Shown here in pieces: positions 10,402-22,320 of a DNA stretch of 64,000 bases. This stretch comes from Curvularia clavata. Lineage: Eukaryota. The DNA lies in assembly GCA_023920165.1 (NCBI GenBank), contig CP089275.1:5518001-5582000 (forward strand). Direction: 5' to 3'. The first letter of the stretch is position 1; every line of letters starts with the position of its first letter. The notes beneath the pieces were generated by a model. The model ran no database searches, had not been told where the DNA came from, and saw only the letters and a program-made list of their open reading frames with translations. Made by a program: the position numbers and the translations under genes.

Positions 10402-11409
10402 CTAGTCACGACTGACAGTAGGATCCCATGCGCAAGGCTCATATACGCCAGTATCCAAGCTCTTCATGTCGGTTTCCGACAATTCAAAGTCAAAGATGTC
10501 GGCGTTCTCTTCGATTCTGGATTTAGTGACCGACTTTGGAAGTGGTACAAAGCCCTGCTTGCTGTTAGTATCTGCAACTATTACCACCGAATGGTTCGGA
10601 CATACCATCTGCAAGCTCCATCTTAATAAAATTTGGGAAGGCGTCTTGCTGTATTTCTGCGCCAGCGGCTTGAGCAATGGGTCGTCATTCTTCAGGGCGC
10701 GTACAATGGGGCAATATGCTTCGCATATCACACCCCGCTTCTTGCACCACTCTACAATATCCGGCCGCGCAAGCCAAGGATGCAGCTCGACCTGATTGAC
10801 ACTGATCATGCCCCCCTTTCCTTTGCCCTCTTTCGCTTCAGTCTCTTTAATCCATGTCTCAAGCTCGTCCAGGTGATGCACCCCGTAGTTCGAAACGCCG
10901 ATTGATCGGATCTTACCAGCTTGTACACCCTCAACAAGCGCCTTCCAAGCGCCGACTCGGTTATCTTTACCTCCGTATGGGCTGTGTAACAGATAAAGAT
11001 CAACGTAATCAAAGCCGGTAATCTGGAGCGTATTTTCGATATGCTTTTTTGCTGTTTCGTACGACATCTCTTTTGGTGGAATCTTTGTCGTGAAGAAAAG
11101 TTCTTCCCTTGGAATTCCAGACTTCTTCATGCCTTCTGCGGAAGGTGCTTCGTTCCTGTATGCCACAGCCGAGTCGACATGGCGATACCCGACCTTGAGA
11201 GCGTGCTGGACGACTTCTGCAGCAATGTCTGCAGGTGTCTGGTAAACTCCATAACCGAGTACAGGGATTTTGTAGCCCGAAGGCATCGAGTATTGGGAGT
11301 TGATAGTCAAAGCTGCCATGGTAGCTGATGAGGTGTGAAACAAGCGCGGTGAGTTAGTGCGGGGAAATTGAGAGCTTAAGCACGAGATTCTTCTCAATGC
11401 CGTGCGCAT
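10402..11409 (-). CDS. Aldo-keto reductase (AKR5/2,5-DKG reductase-like)
   Basis: IPVLGYGVYQ, GYRHVDSAVAYRNE, FFTTK, YVDLYLLHSP, IRSIGVSNYG, VNQVELHPW, PLPKSVTKSRIEEN. One 51-nt intron at 10555-10605 (GTATGT...CTAAC...CAG). Start is either 11409 or 11319. Confidence 0.93.
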   Translation of the reverse strand: MRTALRRISCLSSQFPRTNSPRLFHTSSATMAALTINSQYSMPSGYKIPVLGYGVYQTPADIAAEVVQHALKVGYRHVDSAVAYRNEAPSAEGMKKSGIPREELFFTTKIPPKEMSYETAKKHIENTLQITGFDYVDLYLLHSPYGGKDNRVGAWKALVEGVQAGKIRSIGVSNYGVHHLDELETWIKETEAKEGKGKGGMISVNQVELHPWLARPDIVEWCKKRGVICEAYCPIVRALKNDDPLLKPLAQKYSKTPSQILLRWSLQMVCPNHSVVIVADTNSKQGFVPLPKSVTKSRIEENADIFDFELSETDMKSLDTGVYEPCAWDPTVSRD

Positions 11410-14400
11410 AATAGTTCCTGTGAGAATGTGAGAGGCTGGCAAATTTTATAAAGATGAAATTCACACGTCTCGAGGCACCATATGCGCTGACGTGTAGAGT
11501 ACGTTGAGGTGCACGTGATGCTCTCGGGGATTGCGGGGATTGCGGGAATAATGTATATAGACAGACCAATGAACCGAGACGTCGTCGTCGGTGCCTTGGA
11601 AGATGTTCTATCAAACCTCTTCTTCTCATCTGACTTATCCTTGGGACCCCTCACAACGGCTCTGCAGCTTAACACCGCAAATCCCATAGCTTTGTGGATT
11701 TCAAATACATGTCGTCCCAGAATGGAAGTATTAGCGGCAATTCAGAACATGCGTGGCACCGCTCCCTCGGGATATGCGGCGCAGCATCACATTTAACCTT
11801 GACAGAACACCATGACCGGTTAAATGTTTACCGTCTCCTATCACACCCAATGCGCTTACCTTAAACGCTCATGTATCCTGTGCTCCAGACTTGCAGGCAA
11901 GCATCGCGCCTACACGTTGCATACACACCCCGGGCAGCTTCGCGGGCCTTCAGCTGCACGGCACCCGACTTAACGGGCGCCATAAGCGCTAGAAGGGCCG
12001 AAGAAGATCTGGGGAAGATACCGAACAAGAAGGTCAGTGGGGCGGAAAGTACACGCAATCCCGTCTCTAGCGGTCAGCACAGCTAGAGGCCACCCTGCGT
12101 ACATATACGCGCATGATGGATAATCACTGGCAGGTCTTGACGGTCTCTGCACCTACTGGTGGATTGGCACCTAGTTCCGCACATCGGCGACGCTTCAGGA
12201 GATGTCTTACGTTTTTTTGGACTTGGCAAAGCGTGCCAGCAGCCCAGGAGCTTGTCAACATTAGCCGACAAATACGTCAGGCAACCGATCCTCGGTTTCC
12301 AATCCTATCCAATTTGGAAATAGATTTCAGCCATGGCCTCGAGCGCTTCCCGGCTTCCAGCATGCAAAAGAACGGAGGCGCAAGCCAGAGCACTCATCAT
12401 TCATCAGCCGGAGAGAAAGAAAGGTGGGGGTCATGCTGACGCGCACGTGCACCACGACCTCACGAGCCCGAGCAAATGTCTTTCATTGCTGCCAATGATC
12501 CTTGTGTGGTGCGGCTAAATGGGCTGCAGTTCAACAATTCTCATGATTACCGACTGAATCTATTATGCAAACCCGTAGAAAGGGAAACACCGGTCAACGA
12601 TGCGGAGCGCAGATCTGAAACATGGACTCGGTCGAGGCTACGGATGTGAGTGTTCTTTCACAACTGCAATGTCATCGTCTTCCGCTGTCCGTTTATCGAG
12701 CCCTTGGGTTCTCTATTCATATCATCGCTTGGCACTTATTTCAAACAAGTCTGCGTTGGGCAGGCTTTGCGGTATCCATGTTTTCCCACTGACATTCAGC
12801 TTATCGCCCGTTCGGCAATGCGGAGGGACTCCCGAGGGTTGACCAATGCCACTGACACCGAGTACACCATTCTTCTTCCCACTTTTCTGTACTCGTGTTA
12901 CTATTGGATGCTGATTCCAGAATACGAAACGCAATGGCTTCTGTCGGGAACCTACAGCGACCTATCTGAGGCTACGGCGACTTCCGAGCAACTGCGATAT
13001 GCTGCCCACTCATAAACGTGGGGGTTTACCACTCTGATGCCTTCGCTGACGACATGTCGCATTGCGTCGTTGAATACTCAATTGAGCCAATATCAAGTCT
13101 GTTAAGATCGCTAAAGGACTTGAACGCCCTAGTTCCTTCATCATCTCCCTTCTATTGGTCATGTCTGGAGCTGAACAACTGCCAGCTGTCTCAGCTTTGA
13201 CCATAGGGTTGACCGGGCCGTTGTCAACCTGGAAGAGAGGTAAGCCGCTTATCCGCGCAGCGACCGGCCTTCGACACGGTCCGCAACGGCATTAGCGAGC
13301 GGATGCAAGTAAGCTTACTGGGTCCTGTGGCATGAAATTTCCCTCTTCCCCGAGTGAGCTGTAAGCAATCGTGGAGCAGATCGCAAGCCCAGATCCAAAC
13401 TCATCACATTTACTGCTCAACTGACCAGTCACAGTCCAAAGATGCATTGTCCTACTTGGAACTGGTCTCGCCTTGCGCCCAGTTGCCTTTTCTTAGCTTC
13501 GGCAGATGATCTTGAAGCATACAGATGCACGTCAGACCGTATTTGGGGCAACAGTCGACGTGTCGACGATGGATTGAAAGGTCAACGGAGTTTTCTCTGA
13601 AAAGCTCCAACGTGCGAGGTGCAGGTTTACGAATGAGGAAAGAAGAACATCGTTACGGCAAGATCTCGCGATTGTAAATGCAAGACGTTTCTGGCGTGGG
13701 GAGTCCATTTCGTCATAGTACTCCCCAGCCACCTCCACGTTCTAATATCGAAGCACCATCTGCAGGTACAGTGGCCAGTTTCTGGAATTGAGCTATCACC
13801 TGTAGAAGAAAACGCCAGTCTATAGCACATACGAACTCACGGCAGCATGTACACCCTTCTTTTTCGCTTTCTCATTTCTTCCCTCGCTAGAACTCTCGAA
13901 GCAGCTAGATGGTAAAAGTTTACCTCGTCATCTGCGAAGGAAAATTTCATCCGGCTGATCCAGCTTCTTCGTGTAAGACAGTAGTAGCATGGCATGATGA
14001 GTAACTCTTCCAATCACATCTACCAAAGCCGTTCTCTTCAGATCTGCCGAGAAGGAGAGCCATCTCAGCCAAGGACTTCGCGAAGGATGTGAAATCTTCA
14101 CCGTCAGAAACCGGTTACAAGGATGCTACACAGCTGCCATAGGTAGGTACTAGGTGCATCATCCGAGACCACCACTGCCCTGACCAGAGCCCGGCCTGTG
14201 GGTCCTGACATATCGTATTTTCAGCAAAAGGGCAAGTACCTGTTCGGTCGCGTGGGGAAAAAACATTCTTAGCAACCATGGCTTAGACATAGGGCTGACT
14301 ATACTAACCAGTCACACGCCTACACTCTGCGTAGAATGCTGGTGTCGATCACGCCTACTCAAAAGGCGCTCTTACTCACTTTCGCTCTAGAAACCATACT

Positions 14401-16025
14401 CGGAAAGACGGTTACACCTACGCAAGCGAACCTAGCTGATCAAGCGACATGCACAACACGGCATCTTGGGGAAGGGCAGGAAGGGTGGCACACTATTCCC
14501 TTTCCCAATTTCCTATTGCAAAGCGACCTGTGACCTTTCCAAGCCAGACCAAACACGGGGCCCCAGGCAATCCCCCTGGTTACATGTGTCTGACACGTGC
14601 GACTTTTTCGGGGATTGGGGAGAGAGGGGTGTGTGTGTGTGCCTGCTCGGCACCATCACGCTATTGCGGCACAGCAAAGTAAACGACACAAACACGACAC
14701 ACCTGCGTGCTTGTGTTACGTTCCCGCCTCCACCCATCCACCACTCGAATCACATGTCGCCACCCACCCGCACAATGGCGAGGACCGCAATCGAAGCCAG
14801 AAGTTGAAAGAGAAAAAAAATTGCCCATACTATGCCACCTTTTCGCATGCAGAAGCTTGCCTCTATTGGCGACGTAACGGCCCGAATAAGGCGCAGTTTT
14901 TCCAATGGCGCCTACTGACTACTGCGCCTGGCTAGATTGACTCGCTCCATCCGTAGCTGTGCCGCTTGGCTTCCCTTTTGTGCGGCATGTACCCAGGCGC
15001 GCGGGTGAAGACTGAGAAGTAGATAGAGGGAGAAGAGGGGAAAACGCATGAACGGTGCCGCGGCAAGGGGAACGGTTTGAGAATGTCGCTAAGTATTTGT
15101 ATTTACTCTGCATGTGAAGGGACGCGCTCTGGTCTCGAGGATCGATACAAAGGATCTAGACGCAGGAAGGGAGCAAACTGTCGTTCCTCTTCTTCTGACT
15201 TCCCGTACTTTTTTGTTGAATGCTTCGTCGCGTTAACTAGCTAAGCGATGCCACCTTTGTGATTGCGGCGCGGTGGCCTTTTCCCCCAATTCTAAATTGA
15301 TTGCGGCGTGGTTTTTCTGCGTCTGGTTTGTCGCATGTCGGTGTGATGCAGGTAGGGGAAAAGTGGATAAGATAAAACTGTGATCTACTTGGAAGCAAAT
15401 GGCATCCCTCATAGATTGGGTACGAAGGGGATGTAGAGGGTGGGTGGTTGCATATAACTACTGCACAAGTAGGCGATATGAGGAGGCTGGGCGGTATGTA
15501 CATAGTATTTGTCATCTTACGTTATTTTCATCATTCGTAGTTACATAGTCTGAACTAGCTAGATGCGCCCGACGCTTTTTGACTTGCAACAGCAGCGAGG
15601 GATGAGGTGCATAAGGCACAGTCATAGAGAAAGGGGTTTTTTACCGAGTATCCGGGCAACCCCATAGAAAAGAGAACAATTTCGTTACAAGAAGACGGTC
15701 ACGGCTGGACCTTAAGCAAGGGTATCAAACGAAGAATAGTAATGTGTAATGTGTGAGGAGTAGTCCCGAATGAAGGCGTTGGCTGAGTATTGGCTGGACC
15801 GTTTTTTTTTTGCCTACTGCGCCTTAAATCTTCCCCCATGCAAGCTGACTTGTTTGTTCCTGGAAAATGCTCTTGCCTGTGCCGCAGCGCATAGAGCAAG
15901 GGGAGCGTTTAACTGGTATTTGGGCTGAACAGTTTGCTGGGTAGATCCATGAAGAAGGTAGTGAAGAAGAAGAAAAGGATCATGGCTGCAGAACTCTTTG
16001 TTCGCACAACGTGACAAAGCAGAGC

Positions 16026-17401
16026 TCATGAGTTGTGTAAGAAGGGTAGACAGTTGTTGGGTGGCGGCTCGATGGGACTCATGGCGTACGGAGCAAAGCC
16101 TTGCTGAACGTGTTCGAACTGTGGATATGACATTGTTGGTTGATCCATCATTTGCCATTGACGTGAGCATTGCCGTGCTGTCCATTTCTCTTGCGTACCG
16201 TACTCCAACATCTGTAGGATTGGTTAGAGGCACATTCCAAATCATACGACAGATGCATACCTTTTGTGCAATAATCTCAAACTTGTTCTGTGCCCAGTAC
16301 TCATGCGCCATACGCAGCGCTTGACGGTCTGTGTCGGTCCAGACGCGCATTCGTTCTCTTAGGCGCTTGTAGCGCATCTGTAGCGCCGGTATTTGGTATG
16401 ACTTTTGAAGGTCGGTCTGAAAACGGGCGGCGATATCTTTCCACGGCATGGATTCTTGTTCCTTGAGCTTGAGTAGTAATTTGTCTTCTTCACTGAGCTC
16501 AACCTGGGTCGAAGTTTGCGAGTCTGATCGCTTTCTGCGCTTAGAGCTGTCGAGAGCTTCTTCTTCATCCTCATGGTATCTCTTGATACTGTGAGACCGA
16601 GGTGCCTCTTGGGGTAGAGGGGCTATCGGAGTGTACATGCGCCGGGGCTGTGGTGAGGCCATGTGGTGTGGTAGCTCTACGGACGGTTCGACCAGACGAG
16701 GACTGTGATTCAAGGCCGAAAATGCTGAATAGTAGGATTCATGGTTGGAGTGGATGCCTAATGGATTCATTGCCCAAGACACGTTGGCTTGCGTAGAGTT
16801 CAACGAGCCCAAGTTGGTGTGATTCCGCTCTGGCATGTGAGACTGTTGCCCTAGGTGCATGGTTGACTGATGCAACGAGGTTCTTGCGTCGGACCGAGGT
16901 TCTTCTGATGGACTGGCAGGCTCAGTAGCCACTGACTCTCTCGAATAGACAGTACCGGGAGACATTGTTACGGATTGATCCAGTTGTGTGGTAGATATGG
17001 AGTGCTTTGCCATGTAAGGAAATGCAGCTGCTGGCGACGACATGTTGATGGAAGACGTATGGGGAGTCATGTAGTTGTTGTATGAAGTGTAGTTGGTCTA
17101 GAGAAGCGCATGTGAATAGCCGATCTTAGAGCAAGAGCGAAGTACAAACCTCACTGGGGCATTCGGGGGCCGAAATCGAGGGGCCGTACCACGCAGAAGT
17201 TGGAACTCGGCCCACCTCGTGAGGAGCAAGAGGACTCTCTGGAAGACGAGACATGGACGGTTGAAGCGACTGGGGAGATATCGGAGTAGGTGAAGAAGCC
17301 GAGGCGGGGTAGGTTTGAGTGAGGTTGGAAGCTTGCCACGAAGGGGTCCTGGATTGGAAGAGGTGTGGAGGAGGGATGGCACATTCAAGTATAGTCGACA
17401 T
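16026..17401 (-). CDS. Putative Myb/SANT-like DNA-binding protein
   Basis: Exons 17150-17401, 16261-17097, 16026-16211. Low-complexity S/P/H-rich N-terminus, NLS-like KRRKR, then LSEEDKLLLKLKEQESMPWKDIAARF...ALQMRYKRLRER and a second repeat WTDTDRQALRMAHEYWAQNKFEIIAQKM...WTARQCSRQW. Start codon is uncertain. Confidence 0.8.
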
Positions 17402-19843
17402 GACCTCTATTGCTGGAGGGCAAATGAAAAGGCCCTTTGTTGCTGCACCTTCCACTATGGTCGGCAATCTAGCCAGCAAGGAAGCTGAGAGGGGTGGTAG
17501 CAATAGTAAGGAGGGAGAAAATGCGGCGCCCAGTGCTGGTGTTCAGGCTCCAGGTAGATGACTGGGGTAGGGGGAGGCCTCTGCCATATTTATCAAGATA
17601 CTATGTAGTAATGGTATAGCGGGCTCCCTGTGCATGTCACTCTCTAGTGCGTTGACTGTATCGTGCGCCCGGGAGGGTAGGCCTGGAAGGATTGGGAGCT
17701 GCGCGCATTGACTGTCAGGCCTGCACGTTAGCGCCCCGGGCATTCACCCTGCTTTCTAGGCTGGGTCTGCGCGGTATGGCGGCACACACCCCGGCTGCGC
17801 TGCGTTGCGCTTGAGCCGCGAATTGGCTAGGCATGCATGGTCAGTCGACGGTTGTGTCCGACCCATTTGCTGACCCGGAACGGTTTCCTGGGTCGCTCCA
17901 TGTGGGTGCAGTGCTTCAACGGCGATGATCATGGCGCAGCCGTCAGTCAAAGCCCGGACACAGCCTTGCCATGCAATTCAGCTGGACAGCCGCCATCAGC
18001 ACAGTTCTCTGTCAACTGCCGTTCGACGTCGAGGGTAGCGCCGGGTCCAGGCGGCCGTTAGTTACCGTGACATCGGGCTCTCAGCAACGACGAGTTTTAC
18101 GAGAGAACCAGCTAGAGGATAATCTCTCTTCGCTGCAGCGTGATATTGACGAACCCGTCTGTGCTGGCGGCGCCACAGGATGCCGACAACAAGGGGGGCG
18201 TTCCATGGCGCACGAGGACGACATTTGGCCAGCCCGTGTCTTCCTATTCGGTGTTGAAGGGTGACTGCGCCGTGAATTGACATCAAAGCCAGCAAATTGC
18301 CCCGCCGTCGACACAAAGGCGCTTAAATGCTGCGTTGGGCCATCTGTCATTGGCCCCTAATATCCGCTTCGGTTGGCAAAGACCGCTAATTCGCCGCATT
18401 CGTGCCATCTTCTTATCCACCCATCCCTCCAACTCACCTTCTCCTCCTCTTTGCACTCGAAAACCACCACTCATACTCGCCAGCTTCGATCTCCACTGCC
18501 ACCACCACCTACACGCCCATATTGCCCGTCAGTGCGCGTGCCTCGTCACCACACATCGCCCCACACTATGCACTTAGCAACCTGGTGCTGGGTAGTGATT
18601 GACGGCGCAGACTGGTCACACCCCACCATCAAGGTCCCATCTCTACTAGGACTCCTAGGCTGTGAGTTGTCGGTCGGCTAAAGACCTTGGAAGTGCAAGC
18701 CTCTATTCCCGACCACCCCGCTCGCTTGTTGTCTTCTTGTCGCTCATCTGGTTAGTCAGTGGCTATGGCGAAGGATATTCCGTGTCTCCGAGATAGTGAA
18801 GACTCTTCTAGAGCCTCAAGGGCTTTCCAGTATATCCGAGCTCCTTGTGGTGAAGTATTAGCTTTCGTTTGGCGGCTGTGCGTTGAACGTTGCCGCACCG
18901 TGCCGTGTTCTAAGGCATTCCATACACTGCCTCACCAATACTGATACAGCCACTTGGCGATGTTCCTGATTCTCTATTTTGATTCTACGAGCCCTCTGCT
19001 GCGACTCGCCAACCCAGTATGCCTCGTCACAATTAGAATACCGTCCTTGGGCTTTTCAGCGCTTAGGAAGAGAAGATCACTGAGACGTGGCAGAGATGCA
19101 CTGACGTCTATTTCTAGCAATTTCAGCAGCCATACCGCATACTTGACCAGCGCTCATTGTCGAGGGACTTGAAATCTGGACGCGCATCGAGTACCGGTGA
19201 GATGATGCGTGGTGACGCTCATCCAGTCAAAGTCACGAGTTTCCGAGCACATCAGCATCGTGATGACTGACGACTAATTGGCCAGATACTGACAGGATGG
19301 GCTTGCTGGCAGACCACTCGAGAGCTATGCCGAAAGACACAATCAGGCCGTCTCGCGTATGCCGCGTTGGACGCCTTGCAGGCCTTGCAGGAGCCTCCAC
19401 GGACTCTCCCGTATGAGGTACCAATGCGAAACTGACGGATCAGAAAAGTGCAAGCGAGCCGGGACATTCCTTATCTCACGGTTCCAGTGCAACGGGTTGA
19501 CGGGTAATGGATGGCTTCGTTATGCCTCCGTCCCGTCGCTCGGGCTGTTACGACTCGTACAAGCCAGAGCCCCCACACCTAGCTCAGAAAGTAAATGCAT
19601 CCGACGGGGCGACCAGCTTGGGGAACGTTTGCGGCCTTGAAAAGTTTCAGGAGTGTTTACTTTTGGAAAGTCAGGCGACATTTTCTAAAGCGTGGTTAAT
19701 AGGATAACGGCCACTCATCTTCTCCTGCCCCCACGCCCACTGTATACCAGCGAGAGGGCTCGAAACATTCAAACAGGACTTGGATAACCCCTCCCGTGCC
19801 GATTGAATGCCATTGATGCACTTCAAATAACCATGCATGGAGT

Positions 19844-19877
19844 GGCGTTTACCTTACCTCGGCGTTTACCTTACCTC
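19844..19877. repeat. Perfect 17-bp tandem duplication (GGCGTTTACCTTACCTC x2)
   Basis: Read directly at 19844-19860 and 19861-19877. Confidence 0.9.
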
Positions 19878-20604
19878 AGCGCACATTTGGTTCAGGCGGT
19901 GTAGCACCTAAGGGTTGCCGTCTTTGCCTCGAGGCTTCTTAGCTGTTGCCCTAGCGTATGTACGACAAGATATGGGCAGTGCAGACATAGTGCTTTTGAA
20001 AGTCCTAACCCAGGTCCGGTCGCAACATGTATGCCGTTCTGCAATATCCTCAGCAGTGTGCGTTGTCCAGGCCATTTTGTCTCCGCTTAGCAATATGACC
20101 AGCTTGCTTGGCCAAGCCACAACAGCATCTCCACTTGTGGCTTTCAGGTGTCCTCGTATTATTGGGTGAGTAATGAAGTCATGTCTGTCCGTTGGATATT
20201 GAGGCTAGACTGGCGGATCACGGAGGCTAGGACGAGCAGGCCAGCGGTTCCCAGGCTCTGGACACGAACCCCACCCGCCAGTCCCTATCAGGGTTAGCGC
20301 CACATTGGACCCTGGGGTAATGCCAAGCACACGTTACGGATAGCTGGTAGCTTGCGTAAACGCGATACATCAGCTCGGAAACGCATCACCATCTACGCAA
20401 TCGCTCTGTATCTCTGCCGTTTCCATCTGGAACTCCCGAATCTCGCAATATCTCGTGTTGGAACATCGTCATAACTCCATACTTTACTACGGCGAATCGC
20501 ACAGGCACATAGGTGCCGACTCTACGAGCTGAACTACCATCCGCCGGCAACAGGCGGCCAGCCTATTGCTGTGAAGCCGTCGCACACGACCTCTCGTCCC
20601 CAAC

Positions 20605-21877
20605 ATGGGGTTCAACCTCTTCCACATCCTCGGCGATGTCTCGCATACCTCGTCGAAGCTCATACTGATATGGGCTATCCACTCGAACAGCAGTGCAGAG
20701 GGTGAGTTAGGCGCATCGGGTTGCTGAGGGTGGCGGACATTGCTTACGTGGAAAGGTGTGTCTCTCATCACTCAAGTGCTTTACGCACTCGTCTTTAGTA
20801 CGCGATATCTGGATATCTTCACGTCGTCGGCGACTAAGGATGTTTGGCATACGTGGAACTTCTCCCTCAAGGTACGACGGCGCTCGAATGGATCCCCGCA
20901 GGCAACCACAGAACTGACTGGTGCTAGATTTTCTACACGCTGTCCTCTCTATATATCATCTTCCTCATGACAAGCGTGTATGCGCGCACACGAGAGCGGG
21001 AAAAGGCATGGAAGTTTGGCATGTACTGTCTACTTGGCAGCCTTGTCATCACTCCTTTTTGGTATCTCATCTTCAAGAAGACGGTCATTGGGCATAGCGG
21101 CTTCCTTAAGGTAACCACCTCAAAACTCTGCGCCAGCAACAGAGGATTTAGACTAAAGCAATCCACCAGGTCCTCTGGGTCTTCTCCGAAATCCTCGAAT
21201 CCGTCTGCATCATCCCGCAACTTCTCCTCCTTCGTCAAACCACCGTCCCCACCGTCATCGACTCCTACTACCTCGTCGCCCTGGGCACATACCGCTTCCT
21301 CTATGTCCTCAACTGGATCGTCCGCGGCGTTAACGAAGACCACTACCGTGACCCTACATCCTGGGTGTGGGGCTCCATTCAAACTGCCCTCATGATCGAC
21401 TTCGCCTGGGTTTACTGGACACGTCAGCGCGTCAAGCTGCGCCACGGCGGCGTCGTAGACTCCGACGACTTGGGCCGGGGGTGGCTCGTGGGCCGCTTCG
21501 TTGGCAGAAAAAGCATGGATTTCGACTACGACGAGGAAACAGGGGGTGCTCAGAGAAACAACGCTACTCAGCCGCAGAATAAGTGGGGTAGAAGAGGTAT
21601 CTCGGTGTCTGCGGATGAGGGTGTAGAAGGGGCGCCGAAGAGAAACAGTCCCAACAGGGGTAATGCCGATCCGGAAAGCCAGCCCCTGGCTGATCCCGCG
21701 GCGTTTGAGGATGAGAGCGACGACGATGCTACGCTGCCTGGGGGATCAGGATCAGCGTCAGGCACTGGAGTCGGTGCTTCGGTGGCGGAGCAGAGTGGTG
21801 TCAGGAGAGACGAGTGGGATGATGATGTGGATGAGGATGCGGAGGAGCATGATGATACTGCAAAGACGAAGATATAA
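20605..21877 (+). CDS. ERD2: ER lumen protein-retaining (HDEL/KDEL) receptor family protein with long acidic C-tail
   Basis: Exons 20605-20701, 20756-20871, 20928-21110, 21170-21877. MGFNLFHILGDVSH, SAEGVSLITQVLYALVFSTRYLDIF, LWVFSEILESVCIIPQL, YLVALGTYRFLYVLNWI, IQTALMIDF. It may be the ERD2-like paralog rather than the orthologue. Confidence 0.88.
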
Positions 21878-22320
21878 AGTCAACTTGTTGTGTTTGACAT
21901 GGGATGGGTAGATGATAGCAGTAGTTGATGAAGAAGAAACAAGATCGGCTATTTTTACTGCATGCTTTTTGCTTACTGTAGGATAGTAGGTGTACATGGC
22001 TTGAGGGATGTAATTACACGAATGCTCTCTAGTTGTTACACTTGTCACACTCTCGCGGCGTGTCCTATTCATCCATACTATTGTTTACATGTTCACCCAA
22101 TAACAGCAGTGCATAAAGCTACACAGACACAAGCACCAATCAAAAGATTTCCAGCACGTCAAAAACATTCAAGCACATGCACACATCAATCTCCACTCAT
22201 CAAAAAGGCAGTCCATCTTTCAGAAGACGTAAAAATCGTTTATACAAACATTCATACATACAAACACAGATGCAACTATATTTACACTCGAAACGAATAC
22301 AACCCCGTCATATCACGCCC

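Noticed and set aside
10555..10605. Apparent peptide insertions in AKR, fungalysin (23930-23992) and the Zn2Cys6 TF (near 36838-36891)
   Set aside because: They are stop-free introns of 3n length with canonical donor, branch and acceptor signals, not protein sequence.
12113..15515. Numerous 60-120-aa ORFs in the gene desert
   Set aside because: They show no family motifs or consistent splice model, and they overlap in all frames as expected by chance.
19844..19877. Direct repeat as a CRISPR-like array or target-site duplication
   Set aside because: There are only two adjacent copies with no spacer or intervening element, which fits a simple slippage duplication.
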